Below are positions 22,969 to 36,900 of a stretch of DNA of 64,000 nucleotides, in pieces. The first letter of the stretch is position 1. Every line of letters starts with the position of its first letter. The stretch lies in NCBI GenBank assembly GCA_030390025.1, contig CM059431.1, positions 136,464,001 to 136,528,000 of the forward strand, written 5' to 3'. The notes under the pieces are model-generated. The model saw only the letters and a program-made list of their open reading frames with translations, searched no databases and had not been told where the DNA came from. Source of the stretch: Squalus acanthias. Lineage: Eukaryota. Made by a program: the position numbers and the translations under genes.

Positions 22969-24473
22969 AGACATGGAGAATGAACTGTCTCTAACCGGGT
23001 ACTGAAATTTTAGACATGGAGTCTGATCTGCATCTAACCGGGGAATAAAGATTGAGACAGGGGGATGAACTGCCTCTAACCGGGGACTGAAGAGCCAAAC
23101 ATGGAGAATGAACTGTCTCTAACCGGGAACTGAAGATCAAGGAATAGAGAATGAACAGTTTCTAACTGGGGAATGAAGAGCGTGACATGAAGAATAAACT
23201 GTCTGTAAACGGGGACGACGAGCGAGAAATGGAGAATTAACAGGCTCCACCCGGGGACAAGAGAGTGAGACATGTTGAATGAACAGCCTCGAAACGAGGA
23301 GAATGAGACATGGAGAATGAACTGCACCTAACAGGAAAACGAAGAGAGAGACATGGAATATGAACTGTCTGTAACCAGGAACAGAAGAGCGAGACAGACA
23401 GTTTTAGCTCCCTCTAACCGGGGACTGAAGAGCGAGACATGGAGAACGAACTGCCTCTAAACGGAGACTGAGGAGCGAGACATGGAGAATGAACTGCCTC
23501 TAACCGGGGTCTGATGAGCGATACATGGAGAATGAACAGCCTCTAAACAGGGACTGAAGAGCAAGACATGGAGAAGGAACTGCCTCTAACCGGGGACTGA
23601 AGAGCGAGACATGAAGAATGAACTGCCTCTAACCGGGGACTGAAGAGCGAGACATGAAGAATGAACTGCCTCTAACCGGGGACTGAAGAGCGAGATGTGA
23701 AGAATGAACTGCCTCTAACCGGGGACTGAAGAGCGAGTCATGAAGAATGAACTGCCTCTAACCGGGGACTGAAGAGCGAGACATGGAGAATGAACTGCCT
23801 CTAACCAGGGACTGAAGAGCGAGACATGAAGAATGAACTGTGTCTAACCGGGGACTGAAGAGTGAGATATGGAGAATGAACTGCCTCTAACCGGGGAATG
23901 AAGAGCGAGACAGGGAAAATTAACTGTCTTTAATCAGGGAATGAAGTGCGAGACATGGAGAATGAACTGTCTCTAACCGGGGACTGAATAGCGAGACATG
24001 GAGAATTAACTGTCTCTAACCGGGGACTGAGGAGCGAGACATGGAGAATGAACTGCCTCTAACCGTGGATGCATGAGTGCAAGATGGAGAATGAACTGTC
24101 TCTAACCGGGGAATGAAGAGTGTGACATGGAGAATGAACTGTCTCTCACTGGGGGCTGAAGAGCGATACATGGAGAATGAAATGTCTCTGAACAGGGACT
24201 GAAGAGTGAGACATGCAGAATGAAAAGTCTTTAGCCAGGGAATGAAGAACTAGACTTGGAGAATGAACTGCCTCTAACCGGGGTCTGAAGAGCGAGACAT
24301 GGAGATTCAATTGCCTCTAAGTGGGGAGAGAGGTGCGAGAAATGGAGAATTAACTGTCTCTAACTGGTGTCTGAAGAGTGAAACATGGAGAACGAACTGC
24401 CTCTAAGTGGTGATCGAAGAGCGTAACATGTGAAATTAACTGTCTATGCGGGGACTGAAGAGTGAGACATGGA

Positions 24474-24922
24474 AACATAGAAACATAGAAACTAGGAGCA
24501 GGAGTAGGCCATTCGGCCCGTCGAGCCTGCTCCACCATTCAATACGATCATGGCTGATCATCCAAATCCAGTACCCTGTCCCTGCCCCCTCACACAGAAT
24601 CCCCATCGAGCCTGCACCGACACATATCCCACCCTATCCCCGTAACCCCACGTATTTAATTCCCCCTAACATATCCCATCCTATCCCTGTAACCCCACAT
24701 ATTTAATCCCCCCCTAACACTAATGGTCAATTTATCATAGCCAAATCACCTAACCCGCACATTTTTGGACTGTGGGAGGAAACCGGAGCACCCGGAGGAA
24801 ACCCACGCAGACACGGGGAGAATGTGCAAACTCCACACAGACAGTCACCCGAGGCCAGATTCGAACCCGGGTCTCTGGAGCTGTGAGGCACCAGTGCTAA
24901 CCACTATGCCACCGTGTTGCCT
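24474..24922 (-). mobile_element. Full-length HE1-like V-SINE with 9-bp TSD
   Basis: Minus strand tRNA head with A-box TGGCATAGTGG and B-box GGTTCGAATC, V-domain GTGGAGTTTGCACATTCTCCCCGTGTCTGCGTGGGTTTCCTCCGGGTGCTCCGGTTTCCTCCCAC, CR1-type (TTTCTATG)n tail; AGACATGGA at 24465-24473 and 24923-24931. Confidence 0.95.
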
Positions 24923-27900
24923 AGACATGGAGAATGAACTGTCTCGAACAAGGTACGGAAGAGTGAGACATGGAGAATGAATTGCATCCAACACGGGACT
25001 AGGGAGTGAGACAAAGTGAATGAACTGTTTCTAACTGGGGAACGAAGTGCGAGACATGGAGAATCAACTAACTCTAACTGTGGAATGAAGAGCGAGACAT
25101 GGAGAATGAGCTGCCTCAAACCGGGGACTGAAGAGTGAGACATGGAGAATGAACTGTCTCTAACCGGGGACTGAAGAGCGAGACATGGAGAATGAACCGC
25201 CTCTAACCGGGGGCTGAAGAGTGAGTCATGGAGAATGACCTGTCTCGAACCGGGAACTGAAGAGAGTGACAGGGAGAATGAAATGTCTCTAACTGGGGAC
25301 TGATGAGTGAGTCATGGAGAATGAACTGCCTCTATAACGGGGACTGAAGAGTGAGCCATGGAGTATGAACTGCCTCTATACCGGGGACTGAAGAGTGAGA
25401 CATGGAGAATGAACTGTCTCGAACCGGGGACTGAAGAGTGAGTCATGGAGAATGAACTGCCTCTAACCGGGGACTGAAGAGTCAGAAATGGAGAATGAAC
25501 TGCCTCTATACCGGGGACTGAAGAGTGAGACATGGAGAATGAACTGGCTCGAACCGGGGACTGAAGAGTGAGACATGGAGTATGAACTGTCTCAAATCGG
25601 AGACTGAAGAGTGAGACATGGAGAATGAACTGCCTCTAACTGGGGACTGAAGAGTGAGTAATGGAGAATGAACTGCCTCTATACCGGGGACTGAAGAGTG
25701 AGACATGGAGAATGAACTGCCTCTATACCGGGGACTGAAGAGTGAGACATGGAGAATGAACTGCCTCTATACCGGAGACTGAAGAGTGAGACATGGATAA
25801 TGAACTGGCTCGAACCGGGGACTGAAGAGTGAGACATGGAGTATGAACTGTCTCAAATCGGAGACTGAAGAGTGAGACATGGAATATGAACTGCCTCTAA
25901 TCGGGGACTGAAGAGTGAGACATGGAGAATGAACTGTCTCTAACCGGGGATAGAAGAGCGAGACATGGAGAATGAACGGTCTCTAATCGGGGACTGAAGA
26001 GTGAGTCATGGATAATTATCTGCCTCTAACCGGGGACTTAAGAGTGAGGCATGGAGAATGACCTGACTCGAACTGGCGACTGAAGAGACAGACATGAAGA
26101 ATGAACTGTCTCCAACTGGGGACTGAAGAGTGAGACATGGAGAATGAACTGCCTCTAACCGGGGACTGAAGAGTGAGACATGGATAATGAACTGTCTCGA
26201 ACCGGGGACTGAAGACTGAGACATGGACTATGAACAGTCTCTAATCGGGGAATGAAGAGTGAGACATGGAGAATGAACTGTCTCTAACCGGGGGCTGAAG
26301 AGCGAGACATGGAGAATGAACTGCCTCTAACCGGGGACTGAAGAGTCAGACATGGAGAATTAAATGTCTCTAAATAGGGACTGACGAGTGAGACATGGAG
26401 AATGAACTGTCTCTAACCGGGGATAGAAGAGCGAGACATGGAGAATGAACTGTCTCTAATCGGGAACTGAAGAGTGAGACATGGTGAATGAACTGTCTAT
26501 AATCGGGGACTGAAGAGTGAGACATGGAGAATGAACTGTCTCTAATCGGGGACTGAAGAGTGAGACATGGTGAATGAACTGTCTCTAATCGGGGAGTGAA
26601 GAGTGAGTCATTGAGAAAGAACTGCCTTTAGCCGGGGACTGAGGAGTGAGACATGGAGAATGAACTGTCTCTAACTGGGGACTGAAGAGTGAGACATGGA
26701 GAATGAACTGTCTCTAACTGGGGACTGAAGAGTGAGACATGGAGATTGAACTGTCTGGAACCGGGGACTGACGAGTGAGACATGGAGTATGAACTGTCTC
26801 TAACCGGGGACTGAAGAGTGAGACATGGATAATGAACTGTCTCGAACCGGGGACTGAAGAGAGAGACATGGACTATGAACAGTCTCTAATCGGGGAATGA
26901 AGAGTGAAACATGGAGAACGAACTGTCTCTAACCGGGGACTGAAGAGTGAGACATGGCGAATGAACTGTCTCTAACCGGGCAATAAAGTGCGAGACATGA
27001 AGAACGAACTGTCCCTAACCGGGGAATGAAGTGCGAGACATGAAGACTGAACTGTCTTTTACTGGGGCCTGAAGAGTGAGACATGGAGAATGAACTGTCC
27101 CTAACCGTGGACGGAGGAGCGAGAAATGGAGAATTAACAGGCTCCACACAGGGATAGAGAATGAGACATGTTGAATGATATGCCTTTAAACGAGGAGAAT
27201 GATAAATGGAGAATGAACTGCCGCTAACAGGGAAACGAAGAGAGAGACATGGAATATGATCTGTCTGTAACCAGGAACAGAAGAGCAAGGCATACAGTTT
27301 AAGCTCCTTCTAACCGGGGAATGAAGAGCGAGACATGGAGAATGAATTGCCTCTAACCGGGGACAGAAGAGCGAGACATGGAGAATGAACTGCCTCAAAC
27401 TGTTGAATGAAGAGCGAGACAGTGAGAATGAAGTGCCTCTAACCGGGGAGTGAAGAGTGAGACATGGAGAATGAACTGTCTCTAATCGGGGGCTGAAGAG
27501 CGAGACATGAAGAATGAACTGTGTCTAACCGGGGACTGAAGAGTGAGATATGGAGAATGAACTGTCTCTAACCGGGGAATGAAGAGCGAGACAGGGAAAA
27601 TGAACTGTCTTTAATCGGGGAATGAAGTGCGAGACATGGAGAATGAACTGTCTCTAACCGGGGACTGAATAGCGAGACATGGAGAATTAACTGTCTCTAA
27701 CCGGGGACTGAGGAGCGAGACATGGAGAATGAACTGCCTCTAACCGTGGATGCATGAGGGCAAGATGGAGAATGAACTGTCTCTAACCGGGGAATGAAGA
27801 GTGTGACATGGAGAATGAACTGTCTCTCACTGGGGGCTGAAGAGCGATACATGGAGAATGAAATGTCTCTGAACAGGGACTGAAGAGTGAGACATGCAGA

Positions 27901-30900
27901 ATGAAAAGTCTTTAGCCAGGGAATGAAGAAATAGACATGGAGAATGAACTGCCTCTAACCGGGGACTGAAGAGCGAGACATGGAGATTCAATTGCCTCTA
28001 AGTGGGGAGAGAGGTGCGAGAAATGGAGAATTAACTGTCTCTAACTGGTGTCTGAAGAGTGAAACATGGAGAACGAACTGCCTCTAAGTGGTGATCGAAG
28101 AGCGTAACATGTGAAATTAACTGTCTATGCGGGGACTGAAGAGTGAGACATGGAGAATGAACTGTCTCGAACAAGGTACGGAAGAGTGAGACATGGAGAA
28201 TGAATTGCATCCAACACGGGACTAGGGAGTGAGACAAAGTGAATGAACTGTTTCTAACTGGGGAACGAAGTGCGAGACATGGAGAATCAACTAACTCTAA
28301 CTGTGGAATGAAGAGCGAGACATGGAGAATGAGCTGCCTCAAACCAGGGACTGAAGAGTGAGACATGGAGAATGAACTGTCTCTAACCGGGGACTGAAGA
28401 GCCTGACATGGGGAATGAACCGCCTCTAACCGGGGGCTGAAGAGTGAGTCATGGAGAATGACCTGTCTCGAACCGGGAACTGAAGAGAGTGACATGGAGA
28501 ATTAAATGTCTCTAACTGGGGACTGAAGAGTGAGTCATGGAGAATGAACTGCCTCTATAACGGGGACTGAAGAGTGAGCCATGGAGAATGAACTGCCTCT
28601 ATACCGGGGACTGAAGAGTGAGACATGGAGAATGAACTGTCTCGAACCGGGGACTGAAGAGTGAGTCATGGAGAATGAACTGCCTCTAACCGGGGACTGA
28701 AGAGTCAGAAATGTAGAATGACCTGTCTCGAACCGGGGACTGAAGAGAGAGACATGGAGAATGAACTGCCTCTAACTGGGGACTGAAGAGTGAGTAATGG
28801 AGAATGAACTGCCTCTATACCGGGTACTGAAGAGTGAGACATGGAGTATGAACTGCCTCTATACCGGGGACTGAAGAGTGAGACATGGATAATGACCTGT
28901 CTCGAACCGGGGACTGAAGAGAGAGACATGAAGAATGAACTGTCTCTAACTGGGGACTGAAGAGTGAGTCATGGAGAATGAACTGCCTCTATACCGGGGA
29001 CTGAAGAGTGAGACATGGAGAATGAACTGCCTCTATACCGGGGACTGAAGAGTGAGACATGGAGAATGAACTGCCTCTATACCGGGGACTGAAGAGTGAG
29101 ACATGGATAATGAACTGGCTCGAACCGGGGACTGAAGAGTGAGACATGGAGTATGAACTGTCTCAAATCGGAGACTGAAGAGTGAGACATGGAGAATGAA
29201 CTGCCTCTAATCGGGGACTGAAGAGTGAGACATGGAGAATGAACTGTCTCTAACCGGGGATAGAAGAGCGAGACATGGAGAATGAACGGTCTCTAATCGG
29301 GGACTGGAGAGTGAGTCATGGATAATTATCTGCCTCTAACCGGGGACTCAAGAGTGAGGCATGGAGAATGACCTGACTCGAACTGGCGACTGAAGAGACA
29401 GACATGAAGAATGAACTGTCTCCAACTGGGGACTGAAGAGTGAGACATGGAGAATGAACTGCCTCTACCCGGGGACTGAAGAGTGAGACATGGATAATGA
29501 ACTGTCTCGAACCGGGGACTGAAGACTGAGACATGGACTATGAACTGTCTCTAATCGGGGAATGAAGAGTGAGACATGGATTATGAACTGTCTCTAACCG
29601 GGGACTGACGAGTGAGACATGGCGAATGAACTGTCTCTAACCGGGCAATAAAGTGCGAGACATGAAGGCTGAACTGTCTTTTACTGGGGCTGAAGAGTCA
29701 GACATGGAGAATTACTTGTCTCTAAACGGGGAATAAAGAGTGAGACATGGAGAATGAACTGTCTCTAATCGGGGGCTGAAGAGCGAGACATGGAGAATGA
29801 ACTGCCTCTAACCGGGGACTGAAGAGTGAGACATGGAGAATGAACTGTCTCTAATCGGGGGCTGAAGAGCGAGACATGGAGAATGAACTGCCTCTAACCG
29901 GGGACTGAAGAGTCAGACATGGAGAATTAAATGTCTCTAAATAGGGACTGACGAGTGAGAAATGGAGAATGAACTGTCTCTAACCGGGGATAGAAGAGCG
30001 CGACATGGAGAATGAACTGTCTCTAATCGGGAACTGAAGAGTGAGACATGGTGAATGAACTGTCTATAATCGGGGACTGAAGAGTGAGACATGGAGAATG
30101 AACTGTCTCTAATCGGGGACTGAAGAGTGAGACATGGTGAATGAACTGTCTCTAATCGGGGAGTGAAGAATGAGTCATTGAGAATGAACTGCCTTTAACC
30201 GGGGACTGAAGAGTGAGACATGGAGAATGAACTGTCTCTAACTGGGGACAGAAGAGTGAGACATGGAGAATGAACTGTCTCTAACTGGGGACTGAAGAGT
30301 GAGACATGGAGAATGAACTGTCTGGAACCGGGGACTGAAGAGTGAGACATAGAGTATGAACTGTCTCTAACCGGGGACTGAAGAGTGAGACATGGATAAT
30401 GAACTGTCTCGAACCGGGGACTGAAGAGTGAGACATGGCGAATGAAATGTCTCTAACCGGGCAATAAAGTGCGAGACATGAAGAACGAACTGTCCCTAAC
30501 CGGGGAATGAAGTGCGAGACATGAAGACTGAACTGTCTTTTACTGGGGCCTGAAGAGTGAGACATGGAGAATGAACTGTCTCTAACCGTGGACGGAGGAG
30601 CGAGAAATGGAGAATTAACAGGCTCCACCCAGAGATAGAGAATGAGACATGTTGAATGATATGCCTTTAAACGAGGAGAATGATAAATGGAGAATGAACT
30701 TCCGCTAACAGGGAAACGAAGAGAGAGACATGGAATATGAACTGTCTGTAACCAGGAACAGAAGAGCGAGGCATACAGTTTAAGCTCCTTCTAACCGGGG
30801 ACTGAAGAGCGAGACATGGAGAATGAATTGCCTCTAACCGGGGACAGAAGAGCGAGACATGGAGAATGAACTGCCTCAAACTGTTGAATGAAGAGCGAGA

Positions 30901-33900
30901 CAGTGAGAATGAAGTGCCTCTAACCGGGGAGTGAAGAGTGAGACATGGAGAATGAACTGTCTCTAATCGGGGGCTGAAGAGCGAGACATGGAGAATGAAC
31001 TGCCTCGAACCTGGGACTGAAGAGTGAGACATGGAGAATGAACTGTCTCTAATCGGGGGCTGAAGAGCGAGACATGGAGAATGAACTGCCTCAAACCTGG
31101 GACTGAAGAGTCTGATATGGAGAATTAAATGTCTCTAAATAGGGACTGACGAGTGAGACATGGAGAATGAACTGTCTCTAACCGGGGATAGAAGAGCGAG
31201 ACATGTAGAATGAACTGTCTCTAATCGGGAACTGAAGAGTGAGACATGGTGAATGAACTGTCTATAATCGGGGACTGAAGAGTGAGACATGGAGAATGAA
31301 CTGTCTCTAATCGGTACTGAAGAGTGAGACATGGTGAATGAACTGTCTCTAATCGGGGAGTGAAGAGTGAGTCATTGAGAATGAATTGCCTTTAACCGGG
31401 GACTGAAGAGTGAGACATGGAGAATGAACTGTCTCTAACTGGGGACTGAAGAGTGAGACATGGAGAATTAACTGTCTCTAACCGGGGACTGAATAGCGAG
31501 ACATGGAGAATTAACTGTCTCTAACCGGGGACTGAGGAGCGAGACATGGAGAATGAACTGCCTCTAACCGTGGATGCATGAGGGCAAGATGGAGAATGAA
31601 CTGTCTCTAACTGGGGAATGAAGAGTGAGACATGGAGAATGAACTGTCTGGAACCGGGGACTGAAGAGTGAGACATGGAGTATGAACTGTCTCTAACCGG
31701 GGACTGAAGATTGAGACATGGATAATGAACTGTCTCGAACCGGGGACTGAAGAGTGAGACATGGACTATGAACTGTCTCTAATCGGGGAATGAAGAGTGA
31801 AACATGGAGAATGAACTGTCTCTAACCGGGGACTGAAGAGTGAGACATGGCGAATGAACTGTCTCTAACCGGGCAATAAATTGCGAGACATGAAGAACGA
31901 ACTGTCCCTAACCGGGGAATGAAGTGCGAGACATGAAGACTGAACTGTCTTTTACTGGGGCCTGAAGAGTGAGACATGGAGAATGCACTGTCTCTAACCG
32001 TGGACGGAGGAGCGAGAAATGGAGAATTAACAGGCTCCACCCAGGGATAGAGAATGAGACATGTTGAATGATATGCCTTTAAACGAGGAGAATGATAAAT
32101 GGAGAATGAACTGCCGCTAATAGGGAAACAAAGAGAGAGACATGGAATATGAACTGTCTGTAACTAGGAACAGAAGAGCGAGGCATACAGTTTAAGCTCC
32201 TTCTAACCGGGGACTGAAGAGCGAGACATGGAGAATGAATTGCCTCTAACCGGGGACAGAAGAGCGAGTCATGGAGAATGAACTGCCTCAAACTATTGAA
32301 TGAAGAGCGAGACAGTGAGAATGAAGTGCCTCTAACCGGGGAGTGATGAGTGAGACATGGAGAATGAACTGTCTCTAATCGGGGACTGAAGAGCGAGACA
32401 TGGAGAATGAACTGCCTCTAACTGGGGACTGAAGAGTGAGACATGGAGAATGAACTGTCTCTAATCGGGGGCTGAAGAGCGAGACATGGAGAATGAACTG
32501 CCTCTAACCGGGGACTGAAGAGTCAGACATGGAGAATTAAATGTCTCTAAATAGGGACTGACGAGTGAGACATGGAGAATGAACTGTCTCTAACCGGGGA
32601 TAGAAGAGCGAGACATGGAGAATGAACTGTCTCTAATCGGGAACTGAAGAGTGAGACATGGTGAATGAACTGTCTATAATCGGGGACTGAAGAGTGAGAC
32701 ATGGAGAATGAACTGTCTCTAATCGGGGACTGAAGAGTGAGACATGGTGAATGAACTGTCTCTAATCGGGGAGTGAAGAGTGAGTCATTGAGAAAGAACT
32801 GCCTTTAGCCGGGGACTGAGGAGTGAGACATGGAGAATGAACTGTCTCTAACTGGGGACTGAAGAGTGAGACATGGAGAATGAACTGTCTCTAACTGGGG
32901 ACTGAAGAGTGAGACATGGAGATTGAACTGTCTGGAACCGGGGACTGACGAGTGAGACATGGAGTATGAACTGTCTCTAACCGGGGACTGAAGAGTGAGA
33001 CATGGATAATGAACTGTCTCGAACCGGGGACTGAAGAGAGAGACATGGACTATGAACAGTCTCTAATCGGGGAATGAAGAGTGAAACATGGAGAATGAAC
33101 TGTCTCTAACCGGGGACTGAAGAGTGAGACATGGCGAATGAACTGTCTCTAACCGGGCAATAAAGTGCGAGACATGAAGAACGAACTGTCCCTAACCGGG
33201 GAATGAAGTGCGAGACATGAAGACTGAACTGTCTTTTACTGGGGCCTGAAGAGTGAGACATGGAGAATGAACTGTCCCTAACCGTGGACGGAGGAGCGAG
33301 AAATGGAGAATTAACAGGCTCCACACAGGGATAGAGAATGAGACATGTTGAATGATATGCCTTTAAACGAGGAGAATGATAAATGGAGAATGCACTGCCG
33401 CTAACAGGGAAACGAAGAGAGAGACATGGAATATGATCTGTCTGTAACCAGGAACAGAAGAGCGAGGCATACAGTTTAAGCTCCTTCTAACCGGGGACTG
33501 AAGAGCGAGACATGGAGAATGAATTGCCTCTAACCGGGGACAGAAGAGCGAGACATGGAGAATGAACTGCCTCAAACTGTTGAATGAAGAGCGAGACAGT
33601 GAGAATGAAGTGCCTCTAACCGGGGAGTGAAGAGTGAGACATGGAGAATGAACTGTCTCTAATCGGGGGCTGAAGAGCGAGACATGAAGAATGAACTGTG
33701 TCTAACCGGGGACTGAAGAGTGAGATATGGAGAATGAACTGTCTCTAACCGGGGAATGAAGAGCGAGACAGGGAAAATGAACTGTCTTTAATCGGGGAAT
33801 GAAGTGCGAGACATGGAGAATGAACTGTCTCTAACCGGGGACTGAATAGCGAGACATGGAGAATTAACTGTCTCTAACCGGGGACTGAGGAGCGAGACAT

Positions 33901-36900
33901 GGAGAATGAACTGCCTCTAACCGTGGATGCATGAGGGCAAGATGGAGAATGAACTGTCTCTAACCGGGGAATGAAGAGTGTGACATGGAGAATGAACTGT
34001 CTCTCACTGGGGGCTGAAGAGCGATACATGGAGAATGAAATGTCTCTGAACAGGGACTGAAGAGTGAGACATGCAGAATGAAAAGTCTTTAGCCAGGGAA
34101 TGAAGAAATAGACATGGAGAATGAACTGCCTCTAACCGGGGACTGAAGAGCGAGACATGGAGATTCAATTGCCTCTAAGTGGGGAGAGAGGTGCGAGAAA
34201 TGGAGAATTAACTGTCTCTAACTGGTGTCTGAAGAGTGAAACATGGAGAACGAACTGCCTCTAAGTGGTGATCGAAGAGCGTAACATGTGAAATTAACTG
34301 TCTATGCGGGGACTGAAGAGTGAGACATGGAGAATGAACTGTCTCGAACAAGGTACGGAAGAGTGAGACATGGAGAATGAATTGCATCCAACACGGGACT
34401 AGGGAGTGAGACAAAGTGAATGAACTGTTTCTAACTGGGGAACGAAGTGCGAGACATGGAGAATCAACTAACTCTAACTGTGGAATGAAGAGCGAGACAT
34501 GGAGAATGAGCTGCCTCAAACCAGGGACTGAAGAGTGAGACATGGAGAATGAACTGTCTCTAACCGGGGACTGAAGAGCCTGACATGGGGAATGAACCGC
34601 CTCTAACCGGGGGCTGAAGAGTGAGTCATGGAGAATGACCTGTCTCGAACCGGGAACTGAAGAGAGTGACATGGAGAATTAAATGTCTCTAACTGGGGAC
34701 TGAAGAGTGAGTCATGGAGAATGAACTGCCTCTATAACGGGGACTGAAGAGTGAGCCATGGAGAATGAACTGCCTCTATACCGGGGACTGAAGAGTGAGA
34801 CATGGAGAATGAACTGTCTCGAACCGGGGACTGAAGAGTGAGTCATGGAGAATGAACTGCCTCTAACCGGGGACTGAAGAGTCAGAAATGTAGAATGACC
34901 TGTCTCGAACCGGGGACTGAAGAGAGAGACATGGAGAATGAACTGCCTCTAACTGGGGACTGAAGAGTGAGTAATGGAGAATGAACTGCCTCTATACCGG
35001 GGACTGAAGAGTGAGACATGGAGTATGAACTGCCTCTATACCGGGGACTGAAGAGTGAGACATGGATAATGACCTGTCTCGAACCGGGGACTGAAGAGAG
35101 AGACATGAAGAATGAACTGTCTCTAACTGGGGACTGAAGAGTGAGTCATGGAGAATGAACTGCCTCTATACCGGGGACTGAAGAGTGAGACATGGAGAAT
35201 GAACTGCCTCTATACCGGGGACTGAAGAGTGAGACATGGAGAATGAACTGCCTCTATACCGGGGACTGAAGAGTGAGACATGGATAATGAACTGGCTCGA
35301 ACCGGGGACTGAAGAGTGAGACATGGAGTATGAACTGTCTCAAATCGGAGACTGAAGAGTGAGACATGGAGAATGAACTGCCTCTAATCGGGGACTGAAG
35401 AGTGAGACATGGAGAATGAACTGTCTCTAACCGGGGATAGAAGAGCGAGACATGGAGAATGAACGGTCTCTAATCGGGGACTGGAGAGTGAGTCATGGAT
35501 AATTATCTGCCTCTAACCGGGGACTCAAGAGTGAGGCATGGAGAATGACCTGACTCGAACTGGCGACTGAAGAGACAGACATGAAGAATGAACTGTCTCC
35601 AACTGGGGACTGAAGAGTGAGACATGGAGAATGAACTGCCTCTACCCGGGGACTGAAGAGTGAGACATGGATAATGAACTGTCTCGAACCGGGGACTGAA
35701 GACTGAGACATGGACTATGAACTGTCTCTAATCGGGGAATGAAGAGTGAGACATGGATTATCAACTGTCTCTAACCGGGGACTGACGAGTGAGACATGGC
35801 GAATGAACTGTCTCTAACCGGGGAATGAAGTGCGAGACATGAAGACTGAACTGTCTTTTACTGGGGCCTGAAGAGTGAGACATGGAGAATGAACTGTCTC
35901 TAACCGTGGACGGAGGAGCGAGAAATGGAGAATTAACAGGCTCCACCCAGAGATAGAGAATGAGACATGTTGAATGATATGCCTTTAAACGAGGAGAATG
36001 ATAAATGGAGAATGAACTTCCGCTAACAGGGAAACGAAGAGAGAGACATGGAATATGAACTGTCTGTAACCAGGAACAGAAGAGCGAGGCATACAGTTTA
36101 AGCTCCTTCTAACCGGGGACTGAAGAGCGAGACATGGAGAATGAATTGCCTCTAACCGGGGACAGAAGAGCGAGACATGGAGAATGAACTGCCTCAAACT
36201 GTTGAATGAAGAGCGAGACAGTGAGAATGAAGTGCCTCTAACCGGGGAGTGAAGAGTGAGACATGGAGAATGAACTGTCTCTAATCGGGGGCTGAAGAGC
36301 GAGACATGGAGAATGAACTGCCTCGAACCTGGGACTGAAGAGTGAGACATGGAGAATGAACTGTCTCTAATCGGGGGCTGAAGAGCGAGACATGGAGAAT
36401 GAACTGCCTCAAACCTGGGACTGAAGAGTCTGATATGGAGAATTAAATGTCTCTAAATAGGGACTGACGAGTGAGACATGGAGAATGAACTGTCTCTAAC
36501 CGGGGATAGAAGAGCGAGACATGTAGAATGAACTGTCTCTAATCGGGAACTGAAGAGTGAGACATGGTGAATGAACTGTCTATAATCGGGGACTGAAGAG
36601 TGAGACATGGAGAATGAACTGTCTCTAATCGGTACTGAAGAGTGAGACATGGTGAATGAACTGTCTCTAATCGGGGAGTGAAGAGTGAGTCATTGAGAAT
36701 GAATTGCCTTTAACCGGGGACTGAAGAGTGAAACATGGAGAATGAACTGTCTGGAACCGGGGACTGAAGAGTGAGACATATAGTATGAACTGTCTCTAAC
36801 CGGGGACTGAAGAGTGAGACATGGATAATGAACTGTCTCGAACCGGGGACTGAAGAGTGAGACATGGCGAATGAAATGTCTCTAACCGGGCAATAAAGTG

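Noticed and set aside
24840..24922. tRNA gene
   Set aside because: It is the tRNA-derived head of a SINE, continuous with the V-domain and flanked by a TSD
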